Of a stretch of 64,000 nt of DNA, positions 22,851 to 36,202 are shown one piece after another; position 1 is the stretch's first letter; every line of letters starts with the position of its first letter. Both the position numbers and the translations under genes were made by a program. The DNA is taken from NCBI RefSeq assembly GCF_964213995.1, contig NC_135814.1, forward strand, positions 49,662,001 to 49,726,000, written 5' to 3'. A model generated the notes under the pieces. The model saw nothing but the letters and a program-made list of their open reading frames with translations, did no database searches and had not been told where the DNA came from. This stretch comes from Mustelus asterias. Taxonomy: Eukaryota.

Positions 22851-24096
22851 GAATCCACACCACTCATCAGTTAGTTAGCACATGAATACTAATTATGGAT
22901 CCTGCGCACAGGCACGTTGAGTGCAGCTTGCACAGATCCTGTTGTGCGAGAGTTCCCTCCGTTAATCTATGAATACTGACATTTACAGACCAATAGTTTG
23001 CCCCTTCTTAGTGTTCAAAGATTCAAATGACAGGAAACGTGACAAAGGCAGTGTTTCCTACATTTTCATGTTGTACCATGAAGCCCTCCTCACATGAGCA
23101 GGTGGTCATCGAGTTGATTTTGATCCACGTGCCCCAGATGTGCCGAAAAAAATCATGAGGTAAAGTATGAAGTCCAGCTCCCTGAATCCATTCTTGTTTT
23201 CATTACAGGAGAGAAAGCAAAGGGGAGAAACAGCCAGTTTGCCAGTTTTTTTTTAATATGCAAGGGTCCAATTATTTAACATAATTCAATGAAATGTACG
23301 AACAATGGATTAACAATTATTCTTGTGATTTACTTACATCCTAATTAAAACAGGACAATATCAGAAAAGCACAAGTTCAAGACAAGTAGCTAAAAATAAA
23401 CACTTGTAGTGAAGGACTGGCTAGAAAGAACTCGTTTAGAGCATTAAATATTGATTTTGCCGTCACAAGAAGTTTATTGAGTTTTTTACAAATGGTTTGA
23501 GTTTCAGTTAAAAAGTTACCAGAGAAACTGATTCTATCCGAGCACTTTCTACTAGAAGTCATATATAAAATACGTCGGCACCAGGCAAGACCAGAGTTGA
23601 CCTCAGCTGTTATATCCCTCTCCCCCTTCAATTGTTCATACAAAGTGGCCCATTGGACGTAGCATACACCCTCACACAAAGAATAACCACTTGTGTAAGA
23701 AAGTAGAGAGCTGTTAGCACAACTGGCACAATATTAAATTTAGGGTCAGTGCCCTAACCCTAACCCTTTAGCCACCTAACAAAGTCAACCATTCTCCCAG
23801 TACAGTTATATTAACAGGCCATCAATCCACTGTCAAAACTTTGAGAACAAACCAGAAATCATAAGGGGATATCTAAATCATTATTGAGTGCCCTACAGCA
23901 GTAAAGCCAAACTAAAGAACGCAATAATTGGTTTAATCCTTACTTCCTCATAATTTCAATTACAAAATTAAGTGGTTTTAAAAATCTTGGGTGTTGGTGA
24001 GGGCAAGGAGAGGATGCAATGATTAGGATTATATATTTAAGTGACTGACAGCGTTGAAATATTAAAGTTGCAGTGCCCTTCAATTTAATTTGTTAC

Positions 24097-24475
24097 AGAA
24101 TCATAGAACATTTGCAGTACAGAAAGAGGCCACTTGGCCCATCGTGTCTGCACCAGCCTAATCCCACTTTCCATGATTGATCTGTGGCCCTGCAGGTTTA
24201 GGCACTCGAGTTACATATCCAAGCACCTCGTAAGTGAGTTGAGGGTTTCTGTCTCTAATACCCTCTCAGGAAATGAGTTCCAGACCCACAAAACACACTG
24301 GGTTAAAAGAACTTTCATATTCTCCTCTCTAATTTTTCTACCAATCACTTTAAATCTGTGCCCCCTGGTCACTGACCTCTCTGCTAAGGTAAATAGGCTC
24401 TTCCCCTCCACTCTATCCAGGTCCCTCACAAATTTATACATCTCAATCACATCTCCCCTCAGCCTCCTCTGTTCC
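24097..24475 (-). mobile_element. CR1 3' fragment
   Basis: LEQRRLRGDVIEMYKFVR...TRGHRFKV...WNSFPERV in ORF 24211-24597. Confidence 0.9.
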
Positions 24476-25381
24476 AATTCTAACCCGAGTTCATTATAAT
24501 TTTGATAGTAATGTAGTCCCCCATCAGCACATATCCCATAAATCAAAGGCTCCAGACCTGTAAGATTACAAACACGTGAAACTATGTGAATTACCAAACA
24601 GCATCAAATTGGAAATGGCATTGGAATGGAAGATGACACAAATCAAAATAAGTTATATTGAAGCAGCATTCTCTTCATGAAGGTTACTAATGTAAGATGT
24701 CTCATATCGCATCATTGGGACAAAAACAACAACATTTTTCTTCCTTAAATGTTTTCCATTGAGAGAGTGTATGTGGTCCTTTAAAAGTTAAAATAACTTT
24801 TAATAAATAATAAGTTTAAAAGTTAAAGTTAAAACACATAATTCCACCACTGAATATAGACACGGGGCAGGTTGGAAATAGAACTAACACAAAAGAACTA
24901 TAGGCATACTACTGGGTATGAGGTATACTTACTCACAAAGAGCCCAAGACTTCCTGTCTATTTGGATTAAAATTCTTACACACACCATTGCAAAATTTGT
25001 TCCAACTGGTACTGAACATATTGGGCCCTATTTTACCATTGCCTCGCGCCCGTTTTCGGGCGCAAAAACGTGGTAAAGTCGGGTGAGAGGCCATTATCGC
25101 GATCCGCACCCACATCCGCGGAGATCGCCACTTTACCGAAACCTGGGAATGGCGGCGATTCGATTCGCACCCAAAACGGGCGCAACGATGATTTCAATGC
25201 ATTTGCATGCATTTAAATTGAATTAATGAACTGCCCGCCCAACTTTATCAGCATTTCCCCCTTTACCACTGCGTTTGCCAATCCGGAACCGCGCCGTAAT
25301 GGACCTGCTAAATAAAAGTCTGAAACGGACACTCCAGCTTCTGAAGGGCGCATTCAGTGTTTCCAATGGCTCTCTGACTCA

Positions 25382-26338
25382 TTCTTGGACACACGCATCT
25401 CCATTAAGGACGGTCACCTCAGCACCTCACTGTACCGCAAGCCCACGGATAACCTCACGATGCTCCACTTCTCCAGCTTCCACCCTAAACACGTTAAAGA
25501 AGCCATCCCCTACGGACAAGCCCTCCGTATACACAGGATCTGCTCGGATGAGGAGGATCGCAACAGACACCTCCAGACGCTGAAAGATGCCCTCATAAGA
25601 ACAGGATATGGCGCTCGACTCATTGATCAACAGTTCCAACGCGCCACAGCGAAAAACCGCACCGACCTCCTCAGAAGACAAACACGGGACACAGTGGACA
25701 GAATACCCTTCGTTGTCCAGTACTTCCCCGGAGCGGAGAAGCTACGGCATCTCCTCCGGAGCCTTCAACATGTCATTGATGAAGACGAACATCTCGCCAA
25801 GGCCATCCCCACACCCCCACTTCTTGCCTTCAAACAACCGCACAACCTCAAACAGACCATTGTCCGCAGCAAACTACCCAGCCTTCAGGAGAACAGTGAC
25901 CATGACACCACACAACCCTGCCACAGCAACCTCTGCAAGACGTGCCGGATCATCGACACAGATGCCATCATCTCACGTGAGAACACCATCCACCAGGTAC
26001 ACGGTACATACTCTTGCAACTCGGCCAACATTGTCTACCTGATACGCTGCAAGAAAGGATGTCCCGAGGCATGGTACATTGGGGAAACTATGCAGACGCT
26101 GCGACAACGGATGAATGAACACTGCTCGACAATCACCAGGCAAGACTGTTCTCTTCCTGTTGGGGAGCACTTCAGCGGTCACGGGCATTCGGCCTCTGAT
26201 ATTCGGGTAAGCGTTCTCCAAGGCGGCCTTCGCGACACACGACAGCACAGAGTCGCTGAGCAGAAACTGATAGCCAAGTTCCGCACACACAAGGACGGCC
26301 TCAACCGGGATATTGGGTTCATGTCACACTATTTGTAA
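25382..26338 (+). pseudogene. Penelope ORF C-terminal part (RT thumb, linker, GIY-YIG endonuclease), uninterrupted but lacking the N-terminus
   Basis: FLD...LYRKPT...SFHP...IPYGQALRIHRICS, C..C..C linker, NIVYLIRC...WYIGET...RMNEH, and terminal GLNRD. Confidence 0.93.
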
Positions 26339-26548
26339 CCCCCACAGCTTGCCCGGACCTGCAGAGTTTCGCTGGCTGTCTTGTCTGGAGACAATACACA
26401 TCTTTTTAGCCTGTCTTGATGCTCTCTCCACTCACATTGTTTTGTTTCTTAAAGACTTGATTAGTTGTAAGTATTCGCATTCCAACCATTATTCATGTAA
26501 ATTGAGTCTGTGTCTTTATATGCTCTGTTTGTGAACAGAATTCCCACT

Positions 26549-26585
26549 CACCTGAAGAAGGGGCTTAGAGCTCCAAAAGCTTGTG
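26549..26585 (+). ncRNA. Minimal hammerhead motif with mutated core (GAAA>AAAA)
   Basis: CAC-CUGAAGA-A-GGGGCU-UAG-AGCUCC-AAAA-GCUU-GUG. The G12 change sits at a CpG. Confidence 0.6.
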
Positions 26586-26796
26586 TGGCTTTTGCTACCA
26601 AATAAACCTGTTGGACTTTAACCTGGTGTTGTTAAACTTCTTACTTTCTCTGACTCAGATCAGTGGTGGGGGGGAGGAGGGAGACGGGTCAGATCATTTT
26701 CTGGTTGGGGGGGGCGGGGAGGAGTGGAGTGAGGCCAGATTGTTGTCTGGTTGGGGTGGGGGGGGGGGGCAGATGGATCTCTGGTGGGGGGGACTA

Positions 26797-26892
26797 AGGG
26801 GGACAGTGATGTGTGTGGGTAGTGGGGGGGTGGATAAAGGGGACAGTGATGTGTGTGGGTAGTGGGGGGGTGGATAAAGGGGACAGTGATGC
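26797..26892 (+). repeat. 40-bp G-rich tandem repeat, about 2.4 copies
   Basis: GGGGACAGTGATGTGTGTGGGTAGTGGGGGGGTGGATAAA repeated. Confidence 0.9.
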
Positions 26893-27896
26893 GTATGGGA
26901 GCCATCGCTCCCGCTTTTCGCTCCTGGGCCGCTTTCTCCACTTTCTGCGGCCCGGGAGCGATCTGACACGGGCGCGCTTTTTCAAATTTTTTTCATACTG
27001 CGCATGCGCAGTTCAGAACTCCGATCGTTTTGGCCGCGCTAAGCCCCACCCACAGCGCGAATGGGACTGGAGATGGCTGAGTGCGTATGGGGGCGCCTGA
27101 AAGCAGATTTCTAAGTCGGATCTGCATTACGCCCAGATTCAGCACTTAGCATGAAAATGGTAAAATCAGGCACATATTGTCTTAGCAAATCACCCATTTC
27201 AAACTCCGTATTTCAATCATCTAGCCTAAAAATAATCATTGTTCTATAAATGACAGATCGGCCTCTGCCACCTTGCTGAAGACCTTGGCTAAGTCTTAGG
27301 AACATGATCCTTGCTCAAATGTACCAAAGTTTCACGCAGGCACAAGGATTTGCATAACAGTCAATATTAAATGACCTCAGGTAACTACAATGTGAGCTTC
27401 ATGCAAGTCTCCCTAGATATGAAAATAATCTTCCATTAGAGATAATCAAACTAACTCCACATCTAACTAAGATCTTTCTCACCAACGGCACAATTTATTT
27501 CAATTTGTTCAAAGTTCCATTTACCTTCAGCCTGGTGATAAGATGGTTTAATTTCTAACTTGCTTTACTTCAATTGTAAGACTAATCTACTTGAATCTTG
27601 CTGGAAAATATCTCCTTAAAAAAAATAGACCTATTAGTTTTGTTATATCTGGCAATTTCATATCCAAAAACCCACTACCCTCTTGAAAACATCCTGCCTA
27701 TTCCATTGTTTCAAAACACAATGCAATGAGTTCTGCCCATGTTCTGGCCAACATTCCTCTCTCAACAAACAAACAGATTCAACTGATCATATATTCCTTC
27801 AATGCAAGACCTTGCTCGACACAAATTGTATGCAGTGGTTATCTATATGGTGCAGCAGCTTAGTGGCTAAGGACAGGACTTTCGCCTCAGAGGTTT

Positions 27897-28403
27897 GGGT
27901 CTGAATTTTCAATGTGGGGTCACCCCTCCGCTATTGTGACAATTTTAAATTTTAGATGGCCTAACTATCCAGGGGGCAGGTTTGTGCCCAATAGGTGGCT
28001 GGGCTGCCTGTCTGGCAGCAACTCAGAAGTGGAAGGAAGTGAACGGCAACCTTTCGTGGTAAGGTAGGATCGGCGCTGGTTGACCCCACAGATTTGTTGA
28101 GAAGAGTAGAGCAAATAAAGTCAGTCATCCCCACAGCGAACCAACAAATGTGCATGCAAGACTCGTAGGGCTCGCCCGAAAATTTTTTCAAAATTCCATT
28201 CTGCTCTGCTCCTAACAAGATTCTTAAGGAGTTTTAAGGACTTTGGGCGCCTTCTTTGCTCCCTCACTCCCACCATCCCTTTAAAAATCTGAAACTGCCC
28301 CAGGGGTCTCAGGATTTCCCGACACAACCTCCGGAACTGAGACTGCCAAAGCCCATCCACATTGCTGTCCCTTCACACCCCGCGCCACTTAAAAATCCAG
28401 CCC
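27897..28403. mobile_element. Degraded Harbinger-type non-autonomous element
   Basis: Ends GGGTCTGAATTTTC and AAAAATCCAGCCC. Confidence 0.5.
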
Positions 28404-28949
28404 TGTGTGTTCATCAATACCACCATGGCAGGTTGTGAAATTAAGCTGAATCATCAGTTCATTCTTGGGCTGACAGGTAGGAGGACCATAAAAGCTGGTA
28501 ATTGCTGTAATATGCAATTAGTTGACTAATGTCATTCAGGGAGCCTGTCACCCCTCCCCTAGCTAATCTACTCCAGCTCACATGGCCTGAAGTTTTGTAG
28601 ACATGGAAGAGCTTTAAGCAAAATGGTGCTGGAATGCCGAATCCAGAAATGCTGCAGCTGTCTTCAATCAGAAGTAATTTTCGTCATCCAAGTTTCTTTC
28701 GTTGGGCTTTATGAACTTAAGGAAAAGGGTTTAAACCTATCAGATTCTTTAGCAAGGTCAGATACCCTTTTGGTGAGGTCTAGGTGCCACTTTGGGATTG
28801 TTAAGTGTAGACGTGAATATGCATAAGTAGAAGATAAGTCTTTGGAACTGTCAGGCTGTCAAGTCATTTAAATACCCAACGCTTGCAGTTTCAATACATG
28901 TTCATTGACATAGCCTGAGGGTTATCATAATAATATTAGTGCTGTTTGA

Positions 28950-29740
28950 CTGCTTCTACGACCTATTATCACACTGGGGGGGGCCTTAAGTTCACAATTT
29001 GACAGATGGCTTCAAGTTCGTCATGAAGGGATTAACTCCCTTTGATGTGGGGCTAGGAATACAAATGCTTGGTTTTATAAGGGATTAAATACTTGATGGG
29101 TTTAAATGTATTGTATGAGCTTTTATCAATGGGTGTGTTTTTATATACAAGTCTGCAATAGATACTACTTTTTTGCATCTCAACATGGCTTTGGAGGTCT
29201 GTCCATGGTGATACCTTGTGAGTTGGCATGGAGGGTAAAGGGTAGTGGGTCATAGGTTGGCATGAGTTGGCACAAAGTTGATATACTGGTCATGAAGGGC
29301 CATGAAGATGAATGGTCATGGAATGGCATGACTCAACTCTAATTTGGCATAAGGGTTACTAAGGCCCTAGGGGTGGGTAGAAAGGCACAGATTGGCATGG
29401 AGGGTATGAATGACCATGAGGCATGGGTAGAGGGTCACGGATTGGCATGGAAAGTATGGGAGGCCATGGGAGTGAGAGGGGCCGTGGGAGTGAGCAAGGG
29501 ACATGAGGTGGCATGAGTTATCATGGGGGAGGTGTGGGCGTGGGGGGCTGAGGAGGTGAAGGCTAGAGGGCATTACTGTTTTATTATAGCTGGGGCAAAG
29601 TCCCAAAGCACTGAGACAGGCCTTTTAAACAGTCCGCCTTGAGACTCGGCAGCCTGGTAACTGCCTTCGCACTACTTCCGGGGACGGCAGGCCTGACTCC
29701 AGTTGGCACCCACAGCCCCAGAATGAAAATCTGGCCATTT
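28950..29740. mobile_element. Degraded element with a GGCATG-rich purine array
   Basis: Many GGCATG/GGCCATG units at 29200-29530, ending AAAATCTGGCC. Similar layout to 39900-40690. Confidence 0.5.
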
Positions 29741-30653
29741 AGGGAAGTTGAGTTTGCAGAGTTGGGAAATTTCCTGGATCTGTGCACCAAACTCGGGAGT
29801 AAACATTTGGGTTTATGTTGTTGATTCCTTCTGCCCTTGGGGAATGAAGGGATAATACTGCACTTCAAATTCATTGATTCAAATTGCTTTAAGATATAAT
29901 AATGCATGATAGAAATATAATTCTTCCTATAAAACTCAAACTGGTCAATAAGCCTGACAAAGATTTGCCCCTTTAACATAGCCACTTCTTTTTCCTTCTA
30001 GTTCTTTCAGACTGGTGGAAATTCCCTTCTTACCTCATTCAAAGCCATGCATCACAAAGTCGCAGTCCCTCCTCCCCAAATATGCAGGTTCATACCAATG
30101 AGATTACTAATGGGGGTTGTTTAAGAGGATAATGTTGCTTCAAATTTTAATTGGAAAACTGGGTACATACAATTCAGCCTAATTATCTTAAAATAGCAAG
30201 CAAACCACAATCCCCACCCCCTCCACAGTTATGAACAACTTTGCATTACAAATAATTCACTCAATGATTGGCCGATTACTCAATCATTTTTCTGAAGTCC
30301 ATTTGTTAGAATGTGTTAATGATAAAAGCATCCACATACGTTTGCCTAACATAGCCCACTCTGTCCGATTGAAATATTTTTAAAAATACATTTTTACAGT
30401 GAATTTAGCAGGAATCAAGGCAAGGAACTTGGCAGAGCTGTCAATGTCAGTCATTCAAATACACTGCAGCCCAAGGGCCTGATTTAGCAAGTATTCCTCA
30501 TCAGGGATCTTCCTTATCCCTTCCACCCATTTGAAGGTGTAAGCTCAGAGATGAAGGAGAGTATCAACCCTTCACAACCCTGGCTTTGTCTGACTTGTGA
30601 AATTACTAAAAGATTTTTATTGACTCATCATCCAGAAAAGACCCAAGCTGAAA

Positions 30654-30957
30654 GGGCGGCACGGTGGCACAGTGGTTAGCACTACTGCCTCACGGCACCA
30701 GGGACACAGGTTCAAATCCAGTCTCGGGTGACTGTTTGTGTGAAGTTTGCATGTTCTCCCCATATCTGCATGGGTTTCCTCCCAGGGTCCAAAGATGTGC
30801 AGGTTAGGTTGATCGGCCATGCTAAATTTCCCCTCAGTGTCAGAGGGATTAGCTGGGTAAATATTTGGGGTTAAAGGGAAAGGGCCTGGGTGGTATTGTT
30901 GTCAGTGCAAGCTTGATGGGCCAAATGGCCTCCTTTTGCACTGTCGGAATTCCATGA
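30654..30957 (+). mobile_element. HE1-like V-SINE, CR1-type tail
   Basis: GGGCGGCACGGTGGCACAGTGGTTAGCAC head through GATGGGCCAAATGGCCTCCTT tail. Confidence 0.93.
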
Positions 30958-32034
30958 TAAAATTTGTGGAAACTGAATGAAAGATCGATTCATAACATTG
31001 CGCGCATTAGGCAACTAATCTCATAGCTGGATCCTTTTCAGGTTTTGCGCCTCAAGCTTGTGGATTAATACTTTTGAAGGCTACATTAACATTTGCTTTC
31101 ACAGCAAGCAGAGAAATCGCCAAGCCAGCAGCCAGCAGGCCATACTGTCAAGAAAAATATAAATGATAACACAGCTCCACTTCAGATTCCTAAACTTAGC
31201 TGCAACGTCAGGATGTGGCATGAAGCCGGGTGTGTGTGGTGGGGGTGGGGCTGGGGGAATGCGTTTCAACAAAAGGACTAACAAAAAGGCAGGCAAACCT
31301 GGTTGCCAGCTGGTCCCATAGTAGGTCTGTTGGCTGTTGCATTATCAGAGAATAATGCATGGTGGGGCAACAGAGAATTAGCAACTGGGAACAGTAAAGA
31401 CAAAGTCATAAGCGATTCATGTTACAGTTTTTAATTTCACGTATCCACGCTGGAAATGTGGAAGTAATCAGTAGCTCTACTCTATACTACAGCATTATTG
31501 AGGAGGTATAATAATATAATAGAAAGCAAGTGTTTGAAAATTATGATTATGCCTATAAATACCAAAACTTTTTTTTTAATGCGCACTTAATCAAAAAATA
31601 GCTGGAGATTAATACTCAACAATATCCATCTGCAAACCAGGCTGGCCTGGGAAATGGCCCTGTTCAGAAACACTCCAAAAAGAACAGTGCCCCTTTAAGT
31701 TTGTTGCTTGTAAAGCAACATGAGTGTGGGAGAATTTCACTCACTAAGAAGCCTGGGGTAACTTACTTTCTGTCTTTGATAAGTTAAAGAACAAAGCATG
31801 TGGCTGAATGTTCAGAGCTGGAGGGATAAACAGACTGAACTTATTTTCAGTTTCTTTATTCTCCTTTTTTGATCTATTGTCTGTCTAACATTATGGATGA
31901 ACTCGTTTGTCTCACTTAAAGGGACTTTTTTTAAAAGGACACTTCTGGTTAGAATTCAATCAGTAACTCTTCTCCAAAAATAAGTGTAAGCAAGTTTACT
32001 AGACACAAAGTAAACGTATAAAATGTAAGTTTTT

Positions 32035-32197
32035 GTTAAGTTTAGGTTTATTTATTAGTGTCACAAGTAGGCTTACACTAACACTGCAATGAAGTTACTG
32101 TGAAAATCCCCTAGTCGCCACACTCCAGCACCTGTTCAGGTACACTGAGGGAGAATCTAGCATGGCCAATGCACCTAACCAGCACATCTTTCGGACT
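32035..32197 (-). mobile_element. 5'-truncated V-SINE with alternative tail
   Basis: TTTATTTATTAGTGTCACAAGTAGGCTTACA...GTGAAAATCCCCTAGTCGCCACAC. Confidence 0.88.
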
Positions 32198-32949
32198 TTC
32201 TGGATTGGATAGCCTGAATATACACTTGGGATTGAATTTTCATCTGGATGTGGAGTGCGTAGCTTTCAGGGTGTCAATGGCCATATTTCCATTCGTCTCC
32301 ACATTCCTGACCACATTCCCGGTCATTTTCTTCTGGTCTTCATGGGTCGGGAATGCCTAGTTTGCAAAACACACACATGACCCCACTATGGTTGGACTCC
32401 CCATTTTTAATGGGGTGGACTTCCTTCTGCACAACATTTTCATCTGGTTTTTGGAAGCCTATTAAAAGCACACCAAGTTTGATAGTCTGTGAAGAAAACA
32501 GAAAGTCTAGAACATTCTGAAAGTGTAAAATTTTTTCATAACTCCCAAATGTCACTATTAGGTCTTTTTAATTCAGGATAGCAGTGTTAAATATTCCATT
32601 GACATTGCATGGAATCTGAAGAATATACATAGTGGATACGGAGGATACGCGGGTGAGCATTGAAAGGTCGTGGAGTTGCAGAGGGGGTGGGTTGGGGGAG
32701 TGAGGGGGTCGAAGGGCGAGGTTCAGGGAGCATTTAAACAATATCAGGAAGTGTACTGCTACCACTGAGAACTGAAACGGACCTTCTCACTAGCCTGCCT
32801 CTGCACTCGCACGCCTCCCGCACCAGTTCATGCTCGCAAACTGCACTGTGATTTGAAACGTGAACCTGTAGGAAAAGACAAAATCCAGGGCAAAGTCACT
32901 CATCAGCCAGGACTGCAGGATGTTTGCCATGAAATGATGCTACACATAA

Positions 32950-33440
32950 ACATTCAAACATACCAATAAGGAGCAGAAGTAGGCCACTCAGCCCCTCAAG
33001 CCTGCTCCACCATTTAATAAGATCATAACCGATCTTATTGTAACCTCAACTCTGCATTCCCACCTACTCCAAATAACCTTTCTCAGCCCCTTCCATATTA
33101 AGAATCTATCTAGCTCTGCTTTAAAAATATCCAAAGACTCTGCTTCCACCACCTTCCCAGGAGGAGAGTTCCAAAAACCCACAACCCTCAGAGCAAAAAC
33201 TGCTCCTCATCTCGGTCTTAAATGGGCAACTTCTTACTTTTAAAACGGTGACACTTAATTCTAGATTCTTCCACAAGAGGAAACGTCCTTTCCACATCCA
33301 CCTTGTCAGGACCCGTTGTGTCAATCAAGTCATCTCTTATGCTTCCAAACTCCAACAGACACAAGCCTGGCCTGTCCAACCTTTCCTCATAGGACAACCC
33401 GCCCATTCCTGGTATTAGTCCAGCAAACCTTCTCCGAACT
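32950..33440 (-). mobile_element. CR1 3' fragment
   Basis: RRFAGLIPGMGGLSYEERLDR and FWNSPPGKVVEAESLDIFKAELDRFL in the minus-strand ORFs. Confidence 0.9.
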
Positions 33441-35807
33441 AAACTACTTCCAACACAAAACAAATTCCCAATGGAAAATCCAGCCCCTCTTCTTAGGAAA
33501 AAAAATGAGAGAAAATAAAATAACCCATTGAGGCTCAGTTAAAAAGTATTTTTACTTCAAATATATTTTGCCCATTTTACTGCAAGGATAGGGACCGTAA
33601 GAAAGTTTCAAGTTGCAACAGATAATTAACTTCAGCACTTAGTACGTATTCGTATGGTCATTTTGTCATCATGCTGCAATCACACCATTGTGCATTCCTA
33701 TTTATAATTATCTGATAAAATTATTATTCCCATTTAGCCAGAATGCCAGTATTCTTCATATGCTGACTTTTGTCACGTCAGACCTTAACTAGATCCTTTT
33801 GTCTTACAGCAAGACAGTTCTTGAACTTTGTCCTGGCTTTGCCACTGTTGAGGGGAGGCAGGCTGACATTAGAACACAGTTTTGACAGAGGATCGGAGCT
33901 GTGTGCGTTGGGCTCAGGACCATCGCTGTTTTGCACCTTTTTCTGCTTTAGTTGCAGACTTTTCCCCTTCTTTATAAACATTCCTTCCTAATTATTTACC
34001 TCATTCCACTCATGATCTTTCATACTAACCAATTGTTCCCATTAACAATTTGCAGCTCATTTATTGGCTCCATCTCAGTGACTGACACAGCTGTTATCTT
34101 TGTTCTGACTGCCGCCCTCCCCCTCCCCCCCCCCCTATTTTGCAACTTTAATTAAATACCTGCCCGTCGTTAGTCTTCAGTTTGGATGAAGGGAAACCAT
34201 AACTTCCTGGTTCTTCAGCGTCACATTTAGGGGGAGTACCCCAAAGATGTGTTGGAGATCCCCAACGGATCAGATCTAAGCTCTGTAGTCCTGCCACACC
34301 CAACGGTGAATGGTGGAGGACAATTAAACAACTCATTGGAGGAGATGGCTTCAGAAATACTACATTAAAATTAATTCCCTCAACTGTTTCTAATGGGTGT
34401 GGAACTACTGCATAAACCGAGTTACAATTTAATAACATCACAATATGGCAGTATTGAAGCACAGGGGATGTTGGAGGAAGCTTTGGTCTGAGTTTTACCA
34501 TGCTACACCCAATCTGAAAATGCTCAATGTCAACATTAAACTCTCGAACGCTGAAAACCTTCGCATTTGTTTGTGAACATTTTTACCATCAGGATGTTGG
34601 AAAATGGAACTGGAACAAGGTAAAGGAACAAAGAACACTGTACGACACGCAGTATTCTTGGAGTAAGCATTTTAAGACATCTGGCTGTATTTTGAATGCA
34701 GTGCTGCAATACTACTGTAGTCCTCAAGGATTTATAAAAATTCCACACAACACAAAGTAGTATTGTACTGAACTGCACATTCTGAACCAATGTGAATACT
34801 TTTCTCATGAGTTTAAACTGCAGCAGGAGTCTGCACATCTTGTAAGTGAAAATAAAAATTACTAACTTGTACAGTTCAGATTCCACATTGGTAATTATCA
34901 GGTCTGAACAACAAGGGCCATCCAACATATTTTGCATGGCGAACTGGATTTGATATTCTTGCCACGTTCAACAAGAGTTATTAAAACAGGAATAGATTTT
35001 ACTTTCTACTACTCACAGATCCCAGGAATCTCTTAGCTTGAACCACTGCATCAATAATTGGAGTGCATGGCTTCTCAAAGGGCTGTCTTGGACAGAGATA
35101 AGAGCCATTTACTATAGAACTCTGTGCCCCAGCCACTAACATTGGGAGTGAATTCCACAGCCTCACAAGTCGGAAGAAATTTCTCTTTTTCTAAATAAGA
35201 ACAAGAATAGGTTATTCAGCCCTCAAGCCCAACTGTTAAAGAAAAAACACTTATTCCTTTGTAAAGTATTAAATGGCTCCCACATGTAACCTTGTTGAAT
35301 TGGACCCTCATTCTCAATCTTTCAACTGCCGGCATGGCAATAATTTGCTTTTAGCTACATAGTCCCATCTTTCATCGTTTTATGACTTCTGTCATATCAT
35401 CTTCTAAACTGCATAAACTGTGATTAAGATAAGCCCCAGTAGAAACTGGAAAGCTGGGTCACAAGGATGGCTGGCTTGGAACTAAAATGTCAGCCATTAT
35501 TCTGACTGTGGGGCTTAGGATACCTTGGGGAGGGGAGATTTAATTTGTGCGCAGTTCCATCATTTTCTATAAACAAGCTAGCACGTGAAGACTATCTTCC
35601 CCATTGCTGCTGAAAGTACAGAAGGAGCTTTTATGCTGTTTAAGCTGTGTTGATGTTATTCTGTGCCTCGGGCAGCACAACATTGGCGTTAAGCACCAGT
35701 GAGAGAAAAGGCTCCCTTCCGAGACTAAAGGCCTTGTGTGTGAACACAAAGTTCAAAAGTTTTCCCAAAAAGAAAGATGAATTGCTGAGTGGGGGATTAC
35801 ATTAAAC

Positions 35808-36084
35808 TGAAGTTTGTCAGAGTTCATGTATACAAGCCAAATGTTTCACCAAAATATGTTCAAGCTGTGACAGAAATTCAGCCATGCCTTCAAAAGTAAT
35901 GAATGATATGAAGCACTGGGACACTGAAGTCGTGAGGTAAGTATATCACATCAAGGATTTGCATCATTTGATTTCAGTTCGGAAACTGCAAATCAAATCC
36001 ACCATAGGAGAACAATCTGACTTGAAGTTTGTCAAAGTTCATGCATATAAGCCAAACATTTCACCAAATTGTGTACAAGCTGTG
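35808..36084 (+). repeat. 62-bp direct repeat pair (35808-35869 and 36023-36084)
   Basis: TGAAGTTTGTCA(G/A)AGTTCATG...CAAGCTGTG, 54/62 identical by eye. Confidence 0.85.
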
Positions 36085-36202
36085 GTTCTGACATTGCTGC
36101 AAGAGAGGGAAGTTGTATATGTGTATCCACATGTACTATAAAATCCAGCTGCACACTGCTCTCTCAGAAGTGATTTTGGAACTGCCCAAAGTGCACGTAA
36201 AC

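Larger units (their letters stand above)
25382..26646 (+). mobile_element. Penelope-like retroelement, 5'-truncated, young
   Basis: The 11-bp TSD TCTCTGACTCA lies at 25371-25381 and 26647-26657. Contains the RT C-terminus, a GIY-YIG endonuclease and a 3' pseudo-LTR with AATAAA. Confidence 0.95.
25023..27173. mobile_element. Second CpG-rich Harbinger-type non-autonomous element, hosting a Penelope insertion
   Basis: TIRs GGGCCCTATTTTACC and GGTAAAATCAGGCAC, with flanks ATT/ATA (imperfect TSD). Shares ATTTGCATGCATTTAAAT and ACTGCGCATGCGCAGT with 15770-16703. Confidence 0.8.

Noticed and set aside
25385-26338. 317-aa ORF as a stand-alone GIY-YIG nuclease gene
   Set aside because: It begins at a TTG at the truncation point of a TSD-flanked Penelope insertion, with no promoter, ATG or splice acceptor evident.
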